A stretch of DNA of 62,197 nucleotides, taken from the NCBI GenBank assembly GCA_964556665.1, contig CAZKXU010000004.1:1-62197 (forward strand), in the 5' to 3' direction. The notes beneath the pieces were generated by a model. It ran no database searches. It saw nothing but the letters and a program-made list of their open reading frames with translations, and had not been told where the DNA came from. Positions 36,918-47,281 of this stretch are shown here, piece after piece. The stretch is from an uncultured Bdellovibrionales bacterium (lineage in GTDB: Bacteria; Bdellovibrionota_C; UBA2361; CAZKXU01). The stretch's first letter is position 1; each line of letters starts with the position of its first letter. A program made the position numbers and the translations under genes.

Positions 36918-38711
36918 TCACCGAAATAGTATAGACAAAAAAGAGGGGTAGGATGGACGTACTCCCAGCAGATTAACCACACTAGCGATCTCCTCTCTTA
37001 GCCTACAAAACTCCTTATCATCAGCCCTAGTTTGGCCATATAAATATAGCTGCAGCTGATCAATGGCGGTGACAAGCGAAAATTTAAGCGCCTCGTCCGT
37101 CACCTTTTCATGTATCGCGGATCGTGCTGCTCCGACAGAGAGATCCTCCTTAAGATCAAAATTACTTCTCAATATCTCTAAAAATTGTGTATTAAGTTCG
37201 CTGAAGTCCCGTGCCTGCTTTAGGCGTTTAAGAATTTTGAGACGAGCCTGCTTCGCTCTCAATATTATAAATAATACGAGAGAGAACACTAAGGCTATTA
37301 GCAGCGTAAGAACGCCCAGCAACATTACAGAGAAGGAAAACTCTGGAAAATAGCCAGAGGCAGCCACGATAGACTCTCTGATAGGTTCATCATATTCGGG
37401 TATGGCTACGCTGCTTGCTTCAATTTTGCGTGGAATAGGGGTTGGTTCTACAGGGGCGCCTTCCACAGTAAATGATATCGGCGCGCTAGAAGAGGTTTTA
37501 TAACTCTTACTTTCTGTATCAAAATATGGAAGTTCTACTGCTGGAATATTAATCTGATTACCATGCAATGGAATCAGGGAGAGTTTAAACCTCTTATAGA
37601 AAAGAAGCCTTCCATTTCGCTCCGTGATCTCAACTGCAGGACTCTCCTCATAAACTTTAATCTGAGATGAGTCTATTTTTAATGGAATTTTCGTTAATGG
37701 GTTAATATTTCCGAAACTTGAGATCGTAAATTCTAATGTTTTACCTTCCCCATATTTTATCGGCTTGGAATCATAGTTTAGTTTAATATCAGTTGCTCCA
37801 ACTATCGGGGAACTTAGCCCCCATTCATCAATCTCATACAGTGGAGTGGGGGGTGTAAGCACTTTAAGAAGTAATGCACTCGATCGCACATTCAGCTCCT
37901 TTGCAGGGCTTGGAAAGAAGTCATTAAAGATGCCTAACCCAAACGGGTCTCCAGCTCCTCTCCTCCGATTGGAGGGACGATCATCTTGAACTTTAGCTTT
38001 TGCCGCACGCTCAGCCAACTCAAGATTTCCAGCTCTTAGCGGGAAAAGGGCTGTCTTAATCGATGTAACATTGTAGGCTTCGCCTGAGATAATACGTGAA
38101 TTTTTTCTCTGTCGCTCAAACTCTTTATACCAAAATCCATCATATTTTGCTTCATCTAACTCAGCCCCTATAACTTTAAAATTAGAGATAAATTCCACCG
38201 TGTTAACAACCTGCTCCCCCAGATAGGCTTCTGCCTTATCAAGGTGCTGCTCAAGCATTACCGAGTTGTCTGGTGCTGTAGCTGCATTTTTAGAGACAGA
38301 GAGTTTTAGCGCATTTGCTACATACTTCCTCCCATCATAGATCACTGCAGCACCTGGAGTAAGAAGCTCTCCTTCTCTCTTTGCGGTAAGGATAAAATGA
38401 TGAATAACACTCTGCCTCATCTCTCCATTTTCAATTTCGACTCTTGTTTCAGGGCCGCTGTAGGAATAATCAAAATCCTGTCCGGCAGTTAGCTCTGGCA
38501 CTGGAGCTTTTGTCGTACCCTCGATTACTACACCTAGATTGAACCTATCTTCAATAGTTCCGGAGCGTGGTTTAATCTCTAAATAAAAGTTATCAATCTC
38601 CTCGCAAAAAGATGGGGCCACTGGCAAAAGAAATAGGCAAAAAAAGAATACTAGAGAGAATAGAAGATAAGAGCGTAAAGTGATCAACATAGTAAATGAG
38701 TTCAGTAACAT
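36918..38711 (-). CDS. batD: BatD-family protein
   Basis: Signal peptide, repeated beta-rich domains, YLGEQ, LFPLRAG, C-terminal TM helix; position in a Bat operon. Confidence 0.75.
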   Translation of the reverse strand: MLLNSFTMLITLRSYLLFSLVFFFCLFLLPVAPSFCEEIDNFYLEIKPRSGTIEDRFNLGVVIEGTTKAPVPELTAGQDFDYSYSGPETRVEIENGEMRQSVIHHFILTAKREGELLTPGAAVIYDGRKYVANALKLSVSKNAATAPDNSVMLEQHLDKAEAYLGEQVVNTVEFISNFKVIGAELDEAKYDGFWYKEFERQRKNSRIISGEAYNVTSIKTALFPLRAGNLELAERAAKAKVQDDRPSNRRRGAGDPFGLGIFNDFFPSPAKELNVRSSALLLKVLTPPTPLYEIDEWGLSSPIVGATDIKLNYDSKPIKYGEGKTLEFTISSFGNINPLTKIPLKIDSSQIKVYEESPAVEITERNGRLLFYKRFKLSLIPLHGNQINIPAVELPYFDTESKSYKTSSSAPISFTVEGAPVEPTPIPRKIEASSVAIPEYDEPIRESIVAASGYFPEFSFSVMLLGVLTLLIALVFSLVLFIILRAKQARLKILKRLKQARDFSELNTQFLEILRSNFDLKEDLSVGAARSAIHEKVTDEALKFSLVTAIDQLQLYLYGQTRADDKEFCRLREEIASVVNLLGVRPSYPSFLSILFR

Positions 38712-38747
38712 AATCGCAGATCTGCTAAAAATACAAAAGCAGCAGAG

Positions 38748-40502
38748 CTACCAAATCTGTTCGGCATCGCGGTTCTGTGTCCTCCTCTTCTTGTATAGCA
38801 ATACTGGAGCATCAGAGAGTGAATCAATCCATGCTTTTGCTTGATTTTGGGAGAGTGGTTCTGCATCGCTCGCTTCTCCTGCTCCAGATTTTTTTTCGAC
38901 CTCCTGATCGGATTCTTGGTTTGGCTGCTTAGAACTATTCTCTTCACTATTGGACTCCTGATCTGAGGACTCATCCTCAGAGCTCTCAGAGTCATCGGAG
39001 TTTGAGCTCTCTTTATTTTGCTCCTTATCACTTTGCGACTGTTGATCTTGACTCTGATTCTGATTCTGTTTCTGCTGCTGCTCCTGCTGTTCTTTTTTTT
39101 CTTGCTGCTCTTGCAATTTCTTTCTTGCTAATTCCAGATTATGCTTTGCTCGCTCATCTTGAGGAAACAACCTTAATGCCTCCTCATAATTTGTAATAGC
39201 TGAATCAAACTTATCCATCTTGAACTGAGAGTTTCCTAAGTTATAAAGGGTATTAAAGCGCTCTTCATAAGTGAGTGGAGATTTTAATGCTGTAGTGTAC
39301 TGCTTCGAGGCATCTTCATAACGGTTAAGTTTATAAGCAGAGCTTCCCAAGGCCTGATTTATTTTAGGATCTTGAGATCTCTTCTCTCCTGCTTCAAAAC
39401 CCTTATACGCTGTTTCAAAATCACCGGCATTGTAGGCCTTAGATGCTTGGTAAAGATTTGGTACCTCTTCTGCCTGTAACTGGGTGGCACAAGAGAATAA
39501 AACAGCACTAAAAATAATACCTGGCACCTTAAATACCACAGCCACTACTATAGTTATAAGCGCAATTAAAACTAGATAAGATCCGTATTCATTAAACACC
39601 TGGTATTTTTTCTCGGCTCGCCCAGAGACAGTATCTAATAATGCATTGCTAAGATCCCCTTCATCAGCAAGCAAGGCAAGCAGATCCTGGTCACCAAGTG
39701 TAGCACGCGTATAAATACCCGTTCCAGCAGTCGCAATCTCTTGCAGTATATCCTCCTTTAATTTACTAATCACAATATTTCCAAAGCGGTCTTTTACGAA
39801 TACAGAAGGAGCGATCTCAATCGGTCGTCCCTCAACTGTTCCAAATCCGATGCTAGAAATAGTTGCCCCTAATTCTTTAGCTTCAGCCATTGATTCCTGC
39901 AAAGAGCTTTGTGGCTCCTCTCCATCACTTAGCACAATAATTGTAGCATTTTTCGAATTAACCTCTTTAAGACTTTTCACTGCTTCTATAATTGCACTAC
40001 TGAGCGCAGAGCCAGGCTCTGTAATCAGCTCAGGAGAGATGGCGTTGGTAAAAACATGTAAAATCGAGTAATCCGAGGTAAGAGGGCAGTATAGGTAGGC
40101 TGCACCGGCAAACAGTACAATCCCTATACGATCCCCGCGCGAACGTTTGGAGAGTAGCTCGACTAAGTCGTAAATCTTTCTCTTAGCAAGTTCCAGTCGG
40201 GAAGGGGGAGTATCTGAAGCGAGCATGCTGTAGCTAATATCAACTGCCAAGATATAATCCCGCCCATATTCAGAGACAGATATCTCCTTTTTGCCAAAAT
40301 ATGGTCGGAGCAGTGCAATGCCAAGCAGAGTTAAGATTAGCAGATAAAGTATTAAGCGCATGCGCTTACTGCTGTTTCTTAATCTAAAAGCAGATAAAGC
40401 CATCTCCAATCTGCCTTCCAGGCGGAATAAGATAAAGAGCAATGGCACAAGTACAAGCAGAATGTAGGCACCAGAGCTATTTAAAAAACCAAAATCATTC
40501 AT
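38748..40502 (-). CDS. vWA + TPR protein (BatB/BatC fusion)
   Basis: DISYSM MIDAS, PSRLELAK, CPLTSDY, SDGE, TPR YNLGNSQF, Gln/Ser/Glu-rich tail. Confidence 0.82.
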   Translation of the reverse strand: MNDFGFLNSSGAYILLVLVPLLFILFRLEGRLEMALSAFRLRNSSKRMRLILYLLILTLLGIALLRPYFGKKEISVSEYGRDYILAVDISYSMLASDTPPSRLELAKRKIYDLVELLSKRSRGDRIGIVLFAGAAYLYCPLTSDYSILHVFTNAISPELITEPGSALSSAIIEAVKSLKEVNSKNATIIVLSDGEEPQSSLQESMAEAKELGATISSIGFGTVEGRPIEIAPSVFVKDRFGNIVISKLKEDILQEIATAGTGIYTRATLGDQDLLALLADEGDLSNALLDTVSGRAEKKYQVFNEYGSYLVLIALITIVVAVVFKVPGIIFSAVLFSCATQLQAEEVPNLYQASKAYNAGDFETAYKGFEAGEKRSQDPKINQALGSSAYKLNRYEDASKQYTTALKSPLTYEERFNTLYNLGNSQFKMDKFDSAITNYEEALRLFPQDERAKHNLELARKKLQEQQEKKEQQEQQQKQNQNQSQDQQSQSDKEQNKESSNSDDSESSEDESSDQESNSEENSSKQPNQESDQEVEKKSGAGEASDAEPLSQNQAKAWIDSLSDAPVLLYKKRRTQNRDAEQIW

Positions 40503-40508
40503 AGTAAT

Positions 40509-41492
40509 CTATGGAACCTTAAGAAAATACGTGCGCGTCAAAAAGACAAAAAGCAGATAACAGGCAGAGCCCCAGGCGGCAAATTTAAAAAATAGTTCCT
40601 CTGCGATTTTTTTCTCAGGCTCTTTTCCCTCCTGACGTTCTAACTTGTCTATCTCCTCGTAAACCTCCTTTAATTTAGATAGGGTGCCTGCATTGTAAAA
40701 TACTCCTCCTGTAAGTTTTGCAATCTCTTTTAGCATAGGCTCGTCATATTCGACCTGTTGTCGATACTGTTGACCAAAAAAACCGGGGAATGTTTGCACG
40801 ACCGGTTTGCTTGAACCTATACCAATAGTGTGGATTTTTATGCCTAGCTCGGATGCCACCTTGGCGGCCTGAAGCGGATTCACCTCACCAGCATTGTTTG
40901 AGCCATCAGTTAATAGGATTATGGCCTTTGAACTCCCTGCTAAGGGCTCAAGCCTCTTTAGGCTCACTCCTAAGCCATCACCAATTGCAGTACCATCCCC
41001 AGCCATCCCATCCTTAAGCCGATCTATAAACTCCCCCAAAAGCCCATGATCAAGTGTTAACGGGCTTTGTAGATATGCTTTTCCCCCAAATACGACTAAA
41101 CCTATCCTGTCTCCGGAACGTGCTGCTACGAATTCCCTAACAACTGCCTTAACTGCATCAATGCGCCGCAGATTAGCGTTGCTCTCCCCAACATCAGCAC
41201 TGGACATACTTGGAGAGACATCTATTGTAAGCATAATATTTCTGCTGAGTGCAGGTTCATTAAGTACAGTGATATTCTGCGGCCTTGCGGCTGCTATTGA
41301 GAGTAGGATCAAAGAGGCGATACTAAGACTCCAAAGTACAGGAACCCTAAGAAGCAGCCTTAAGGTTGGCTTGATCTGCGAGATACCGTATATAGATGGA
41401 TATGAGATGGCCTGACAATCACGACTACGCAATAGATAAAGCAGGATCGTTAATGGTGGGAGTGCTAATAGGTAAGGATAGGCAAAGGTCAT
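40509..41492 (-). CDS. batA: vWA domain protein BatA
   Basis: AAARPQ, DVSPSM, DRIGLVVFG, SPLTLDH, TAIGDG, LLTDG, IHTIGIG. Confidence 0.85.
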   Translation of the reverse strand: MTFAYPYLLALPPLTILLYLLRSRDCQAISYPSIYGISQIKPTLRLLLRVPVLWSLSIASLILLSIAAARPQNITVLNEPALSRNIMLTIDVSPSMSSADVGESNANLRRIDAVKAVVREFVAARSGDRIGLVVFGGKAYLQSPLTLDHGLLGEFIDRLKDGMAGDGTAIGDGLGVSLKRLEPLAGSSKAIILLTDGSNNAGEVNPLQAAKVASELGIKIHTIGIGSSKPVVQTFPGFFGQQYRQQVEYDEPMLKEIAKLTGGVFYNAGTLSKLKEVYEEIDKLERQEGKEPEKKIAEELFFKFAAWGSACYLLFVFLTRTYFLKVP

Positions 41493-41947
41493 CTTAAAGC
41501 TGTACAGAAATTAGATAATAAGTCTTGTAAATTTCTTATCCGTTCTGAGGGTACAGATTCCTCGCTCGGAGTATACTTTAAATTATCAAGATCGGCCATT
41601 AAGTTAGCTAATGACTCATGCTCATTATTAAGTGAGAGCAGTATCCGCCGAGCTTCGTCCGGTGCCATCTCTGCAAATGGCATATTAAGCTTACTGCCGA
41701 GCAGTCGCTTTACTAGGAGCATGATACGGGCAAGCTCTGTTTTTGTAATATGCTCTTTTGCTGTCACAACTTTAAGCTCGGTCATAACAAGATCAACGGG
41801 ATCAAGAGCTGCAGATCTTCTTCTTTTCCCTATATTAATCACTAGAAGCAGCGCCGCGATGGCAACAGCGAGTAGAACTAACCATTCAGTCATTCCTACT
41901 TCATATGGAAACTCCGGGATCGAAGTTATGTCGTATATATCTTCCAT
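41489..41947 (-). CDS. Small membrane protein of the Bat operon (DUF4381-like)
   Basis: DIYDI start, one TM helix, LKY near C-terminus; overlaps batA. Confidence 0.6.
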   Translation of the reverse strand: MEDIYDITSIPEFPYEVGMTEWLVLLAVAIAALLLVINIGKRRRSAALDPVDLVMTELKVVTAKEHITKTELARIMLLVKRLLGSKLNMPFAEMAPDEARRILLSLNNEHESLANLMADLDNLKYTPSEESVPSERIRNLQDLLSNFCTALR

Positions 41948-41987
41948 TAGACCAGCAATTCAATAATCTACAGTTCTTGGTATCTGC

Positions 41988-42005
41988 ATGTAAAGACGTT
42001 TACAT
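41988..42005. promoter_or_regulatory. Possible operator palindrome
   Basis: ATGTAAA-GACG-TTTACAT about 40 nt upstream of the Bat operon start. Confidence 0.3.
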
Positions 42006-42090
42006 AATAGCTTTTCAGCACTTTGCCTTTTTTGAAACACTCATGTACTCTAGTATTAAGGCGCTAAGTAACATTAGATTCTTCCGATCC

Positions 42091-42166
42091 TCTGGGACCG
42101 CGGGCTTCTAGCCCGCATATGAATTTGCAGATGATCCGTAGCGGGCTGGAAGCCCGCGGTCCCAGT
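42091..42166. repeat. REP doublet (REPIN-like)
   Basis: TCTGGGACCGCGGGCTTCTAGCCCGC 42091-42116, 24-nt spacer, inverted arm 42141-42166. Confidence 0.92.
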
Positions 42167-42221
42167 TAGTCGTAATAAGTTATGTTGCAGCGTACTCGTT
42201 TTGATTTTTTTAATCTAAAAA

Positions 42222-43184
42222 ATGACCGTATCAGACCCTGCTGTAATCATACACGGTGGTGCCGGAGATGAGGAGGAGCACAAACCGGAACGTAAGGAGG
42301 CTCTTGCCGCAGCGTTAGATGCTGCCTGGTCCTCGATTCACAACTCTGAACCAGGAGAGATCGCCGTAGTCAGAGCACTCAAGATTCTTGAAGCTTGTCA
42401 GTACTTCGATGCCGGATACGGCGGATATCCAAATGAAAAGGGACAGGTGCGCCTTGACTGTGCACTTATGCTCGGTTCTGGGGAATTTATCTCTGTCGTA
42501 AATGTAAGACGGATCAAACACCCCTCCGCTTTGGCACTTAAACATCTAAAGACCGGACGTCCTTTAATGCTTGCCTGGACTCAGGATCATGTCTCAGGTA
42601 TCGATCAAGCCTCTCAGGAATATAAAGATGAGATCGGCTGGGTAGCAACTGAAGAGGAGATGGTTAGCCCATATGCCTTGCTACGGGCGGATGAATATAA
42701 AAAAACTTTGCAGGCCAAGAAACAGGGTACAGTAGGATGCGTTGTTCGTGATGAGAGTGGAAAAATATTTGCGGGCACATCTACTGGCGGAACGATGCTT
42801 AAACCGCATGGTCGAGTGGGGGACTCACCTGTCATTGGTGCAGGCGTGTACGCCGATGACAAGATCTGCGGGCTCTCAGCTACTGGCCATGGTGAATCAT
42901 TTCTTGGTGCAATGACCTCAGCCTTTATCATCGCAGAGATGCGAGGGGCGCTTAGATATAATCCTAAAGCATTTATTAATGACAAATCACTCCTAAATAA
43001 TATCATTGATTCAGAGCTTACAAACATGAATGAGAAGTATGCAAAGGGGCAGGGGGGTGTAATTGTAATACCCGCAGTTGGAGAGCCGACCTATCGCTTC
43101 AATACTCCTGAGATGGCGGTGGCGCTACGGATCGGAAATAAGGGGAAAATAAAGAGGGAAGAGGTTGCTGTCCATAATCGGTAA
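42222..43184 (+). CDS. Isoaspartyl peptidase/L-asparaginase (Ntn hydrolase)
   Basis: IIHGGAG, FDAGYG, G|TVGCV autoproteolysis site, GTSTGG, GRVGDSP. Confidence 0.88.
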   Translation: MTVSDPAVIIHGGAGDEEEHKPERKEALAAALDAAWSSIHNSEPGEIAVVRALKILEACQYFDAGYGGYPNEKGQVRLDCALMLGSGEFISVVNVRRIKHPSALALKHLKTGRPLMLAWTQDHVSGIDQASQEYKDEIGWVATEEEMVSPYALLRADEYKKTLQAKKQGTVGCVVRDESGKIFAGTSTGGTMLKPHGRVGDSPVIGAGVYADDKICGLSATGHGESFLGAMTSAFIIAEMRGALRYNPKAFINDKSLLNNIIDSELTNMNEKYAKGQGGVIVIPAVGEPTYRFNTPEMAVALRIGNKGKIKREEVAVHNR

Positions 43185-43211
43185 TTACTGATCAAATTAG
43201 GAAAGACAACC

Positions 43212-44195
43212 TCACCCCTCAGGAGCCGCCATGGCTTCACCTGCCAATGCATTTAGCCTAGATATCCTCCTTATTACAGGAGGATGAGTAGACCAGATTG
43301 AGTCCTTCCCAGAAAAACGGAGCCGCATACTGGGATTTGGGTTAATGATAAACATATGCTCCAAGGCTCGGTTTTGCACCGCCATAACTGACTTATCGGT
43401 CGAAATTTTCTTTAGTGCGCTTGATAATGCAGCTGGATTTCTACAAAACTGCACCGCTGTAGCGTCAGCCAGATACTCCCGTTCCCTAGAAACTGCAAGC
43501 CGCATTAATTTGGCAATTAAAGGAGCGATTAATGAAAGTATAAGCGCCACTCCAATAACTGCAAGATATACACCGATGTTTTTTGGACCTTCAGAGCTAC
43601 TGCGACTACGCCCACTTCCTCGACCGAATCCGCGCCAGAAAAAATCTGCCATCATTACAATTATACCGGCAAATACACCGACTAGCATCATCAGTCGAAT
43701 ATCGTAATTCTTTATATGTGCAAGTTCATGCGCCATAACTGCTTGCAGCTCATCTCGTGTTAGTTTGCTGCGAAGCCCAGTCGTAATCGCTACCATGCTA
43801 TGCGCTGGATCACGCCCGGTAGCAAAAGCATTAGGAGCATCATCAAAAATAGCGTAAATCTTAGGAACTGGGATGCCAGCCGCAATCGCCATCTCTTCAA
43901 CTACATTTACCAGCACAGGATCATCACAGTGCTGTACCTCCTTAGCGCCCATCATCCCCATGACCATCCAGCCGCCAGCATAGTAGGAGAATATAGCACC
44001 AACTGCCGCGCACACTGCACCACCGATCGCCCCTAAGCTGCCAACTTCAAATGCATGCCGCGTGTCACCTCCAGAGATAGCCAGAGCAAAGCTCGCTCCT
44101 AAAACAGCTATGAGAGCCATCATCCCGAGCACCAAAAAAATTGACACCCTTTTGTTATGCTCTATCAGGTTCTCAAATGTAAGCATACGGTACAC
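43212..44195 (-). CDS. htpX: M48 zinc metalloprotease, HtpX-like
   Basis: PNAFATG, HELAH, SREREYLADA, STHPP. Confidence 0.88.
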   Translation of the reverse strand: MYRMLTFENLIEHNKRVSIFLVLGMMALIAVLGASFALAISGGDTRHAFEVGSLGAIGGAVCAAVGAIFSYYAGGWMVMGMMGAKEVQHCDDPVLVNVVEEMAIAAGIPVPKIYAIFDDAPNAFATGRDPAHSMVAITTGLRSKLTRDELQAVMAHELAHIKNYDIRLMMLVGVFAGIIVMMADFFWRGFGRGSGRSRSSSEGPKNIGVYLAVIGVALILSLIAPLIAKLMRLAVSREREYLADATAVQFCRNPAALSSALKKISTDKSVMAVQNRALEHMFIINPNPSMRLRFSGKDSIWSTHPPVIRRISRLNALAGEAMAAPEG

Positions 44196-44234
44196 TTAAA
44201 AACTATGCTTTATCACTGGGAGTAATAGTCTTAA

Positions 44235-44807
44235 CTAGAAGCTCACTTTAGGTGCTGTCCGCACAGCTTGAACCTCTGCTGCATCAAGTTCAAAAAAGGA
44301 TTTTTTGGAAAAATTAAACATTCGCGCTACTATTACTGAGGGAAAAGTTTCAGTAGCCTGATTAAAGGAGGCTACCGAGTCATTAAAATGCTGCCGCGCA
44401 AATCCGATCCTATTCTCTGTTGAGCCGATCTCTTCTTGTAGCTGCAAAAAATTCTGATTCGCTTTTAAATCTGGATAGCTCTCAGATAATGCAAAGAGCT
44501 GCTTTAAGGCGCCGCTTAACATATTTTCAGCTTGCACAAGATCCTTCATATTACTGCCGCTCATAGAGGAGAGGGCATGGTTACGTGCCTGAATTACCTT
44601 CTCAAGTGTTTCTTTTTCATGTGCAGCATATCCCTTAACTGTTTCAACCAAATTTGGAATAAGATCATGCCGGCGCTTGAGTTGCACATCGATCTGTGAC
44701 CATGCATTCTCTGCTCCGATACGACGACTTACAAGTCCGTTGTAAAGCAGAATTCCTATGAACACTAGTGCAAATAGAATCAGAAATACGACTGTTAAAA
44801 TTGCCAT
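44235..44807 (-). CDS. lemA: LemA family protein
   Basis: YNGLV, QLKRRHDLIPNLV, YPDLKANQNF. Confidence 0.92.
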   Translation of the reverse strand: MAILTVVFLILFALVFIGILLYNGLVSRRIGAENAWSQIDVQLKRRHDLIPNLVETVKGYAAHEKETLEKVIQARNHALSSMSGSNMKDLVQAENMLSGALKQLFALSESYPDLKANQNFLQLQEEIGSTENRIGFARQHFNDSVASFNQATETFPSVIVARMFNFSKKSFFELDAAEVQAVRTAPKVSF

Positions 44808-44912
44808 CTGGTTTCTCCTTTAAAAATAGATCCGAGACTGATAAAATCGTAGCGTAATTAAGGGAAGGGTCCAAGTGTTATTATTTTGTTTACCCAATCA
44901 GAAATAGATTAA

Positions 44913-46358
44913 TCAAAGTGGCCCAGTTGTCGGTCCAAACACCGGACTATCGCCAAAAATCTTATCCTTTCCTGAAGGAGCTGGGTTCGAGGTTGTTGCA
45001 GGATCGGTAAGGATAATAGTCTTCTTCTTACTTTTCTTAGCTTTAATAAATGTCTTAGGAGCGTATTTCCCTGCCAATGTAGAGCGTTTGATTAGCTCAT
45101 CCCCTTCACCCTGCAGACGCTGCTCCTCGGTTTCATAGACCTTTGGCGCTGGAGTGACAGGTACTGCCTCCTGTGCTGGTGTCTCGTTAGCCTCAGTAGC
45201 CGCTGGAGCTACTACCTGATTAACAGCCTGTTGTGGAGCTGCATTAGACTGATCAATAGGCACAACTTTTGTAGTTTTAAACTTAATTCGAATTGTAATA
45301 CGACGGTTGGAATAATGTAACGGATCGGGATCCATTTTAAGTTCACGATCCGCTCTACCAACGACTCTTGCAATCTGATCGGCAGGAATACCCTCATTCT
45401 CTAAGATTCTTCGGGCCGCATTGGCTCGGTCTGCGGATAGCTCCCAATTACTATATCCGCCGCGACGGTTAGAAAATGGCTTGGCATCTGTATGTCCCAC
45501 GATGTCAATACGATTCGGAAGCTTCTTGATCACTCTTGCAATCCGAGCAAAGGCGGCCTGCGCATCAGGCAGGATCTGCGCACTGCCAAGAGCAAACATT
45601 GAAGTTCTCTCCGTATCAATCACCTCGATCTTCAGCCCGTCTGCGTCCAGCTTTACATCTACTGCGCCAAGTAGATCCTGCAGCTCTTTCGTAGCGACGA
45701 TCTCCTTTTTTATCTCCTCTCCAACCTGGGCTACAGTTTGCCGCTCTACCTGATCCGCAATTAAAGCAGTACCGCTCTTATCAGTGCCAGCGATGCTCTT
45801 AAACTCCTTTGTTACCCCTTTAAGGGCCTCCTCTTTGGCGCCTCCGACCTGCTCATCTAATTCAGTTCCAGGTTTAAGTATCTTCATCTCCTTAGCAGCA
45901 GTATTTTCATTTGCCACTCCAGGCGATCCTGTCATATCCTTAGTTTCACCTTTTTTTACGATTTTCCCCTCTTGATCACCTTTGGTCGTGGTAATCTCCT
46001 TATCCTTAAGTCTATCTTCCGAACCTGTTTTTTTCTTCATGGGGTCCTGTTTTGAGCCACTCTTAAACTGTTCTTTATTCAGTTTTTGAGGAGGCACATA
46101 GGAATCCTGCAAAATACCGGCCTCACCGACCATTAAGGGAGTACCTGAACCGTGCTCGAACATACCGGGTTTTCTAAAGTAAGAGGCGATACTCTTCTTG
46201 GTCGCCACCTCAGCGGAGTTCACAAGCCACATAACCATGAAAAAGGCCATCATCGCAGTTACGAAGTCAGCGTAGGCAACTTTCCAGGCACCACCGTGGT
46301 GACCGCCATGGCCACCTTTCTTTTTAATTACTATTATCGGCTTACCTGCATCTGCCAT
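44913..46358 (-). CDS. motB: Stator protein MotB with long linker and C-terminal tail
   Basis: WKVAYADFVTAMMAFF, OmpA-like domain GHTD...NWELSADRA...NRRI. Confidence 0.88.
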   Translation of the reverse strand: MADAGKPIIVIKKKGGHGGHHGGAWKVAYADFVTAMMAFFMVMWLVNSAEVATKKSIASYFRKPGMFEHGSGTPLMVGEAGILQDSYVPPQKLNKEQFKSGSKQDPMKKKTGSEDRLKDKEITTTKGDQEGKIVKKGETKDMTGSPGVANENTAAKEMKILKPGTELDEQVGGAKEEALKGVTKEFKSIAGTDKSGTALIADQVERQTVAQVGEEIKKEIVATKELQDLLGAVDVKLDADGLKIEVIDTERTSMFALGSAQILPDAQAAFARIARVIKKLPNRIDIVGHTDAKPFSNRRGGYSNWELSADRANAARRILENEGIPADQIARVVGRADRELKMDPDPLHYSNRRITIRIKFKTTKVVPIDQSNAAPQQAVNQVVAPAATEANETPAQEAVPVTPAPKVYETEEQRLQGEGDELIKRSTLAGKYAPKTFIKAKKSKKKTIILTDPATTSNPAPSGKDKIFGDSPVFGPTTGPL

Positions 46359-46386
46359 TGGGCGTCATCCCGTCTATTACCGGAAA

Positions 46387-47244
46387 TTATTTCTTGGCCT
46401 CTTTTAGAATCTCCTCGAGCTCTTCGGGGGTAGGCCGCACACTAGAGGGGATGTTTTTTCTGGCGAACTCAAGAGCAACTTGGGGAGGAGCGCCACCAGC
46501 AAAGGAGACAAGTCCGGATTGCACAACTTTTAGAATCTGTGTGTTGTCACGCGCAACGTGGTCGAGTTTAGTTCCAATCGGACCTACATAGCCGTAAGAG
46601 AAAAGAATACCCAACATCGTACCAACGAGAGCTGCGGCTACGTGGTGACCGATCTCTTGAGGAGGACCGTCAAGGTGTTGCATGGTCACGATAATACCAA
46701 GTACGGCAGCAACGATACCTAGAGCCGGAAACCCGTCAGCCATGGATTTTACGGTAGCAGGATAGATTAACGCCTCTTCATGATGCACCTCAATCTCAGT
46801 ATCTAACAACCTTTCTAAGTCAAATGCATTAACCACGCCGTCAACAAACAAGCGCAAAGCTCCGCAAAAGGTCTCCATGAGATGGTGGTTATGAGAGGCT
46901 TTTGGATACTTATTAAAACGGGCACTCTCATGTGGATTGCTTAAATCACCTTCAATTCCAAGTACTCCTTCGCGACGCATAGTGTCAAAAAGACTGGCCA
47001 TTAATCCGAGCAGATCTTTATAGGTACTTTTATCTATGCCGCTTCCCTTAATCGCTCCTATTAAGGCGGGAACTAGTCCTTTAATGATTGCGCCAGGTGT
47101 AGCCAGGATAGTACTGAATATGGCAGCACCACCGATTACAACGAACTCGCTTGGTTGATAAAGAACAGGTATCGGACCACCGGCCATAACGAAGCCGCCT
47201 AGTACACTAGCTGTAACACCGATAATTCCAATAATTACACCCAT
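46387..47244 (-). CDS. motA: Stator protein MotA
   Basis: QPSEFVVIGGA, RREG, GFPALGIVAAVLG, AALVGT. Confidence 0.92.
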   Translation of the reverse strand: MGVIIGIIGVTASVLGGFVMAGGPIPVLYQPSEFVVIGGAAIFSTILATPGAIIKGLVPALIGAIKGSGIDKSTYKDLLGLMASLFDTMRREGVLGIEGDLSNPHESARFNKYPKASHNHHLMETFCGALRLFVDGVVNAFDLERLLDTEIEVHHEEALIYPATVKSMADGFPALGIVAAVLGIIVTMQHLDGPPQEIGHHVAAALVGTMLGILFSYGYVGPIGTKLDHVARDNTQILKVVQSGLVSFAGGAPPQVALEFARKNIPSSVRPTPEELEEILKEAKK

Positions 47245-47281
47245 CCCTGCATCCTTGAGGAATAAAACCTTTCAGGATAAT

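Noticed and set aside
44913-47244. Zorya-type (ZorAB) defence system
   Set aside because: MotA is normal length without the long ZorA tail, MotB has the flagellar WKVAYADF motif, and no ZorC/D/E-like genes are nearby.
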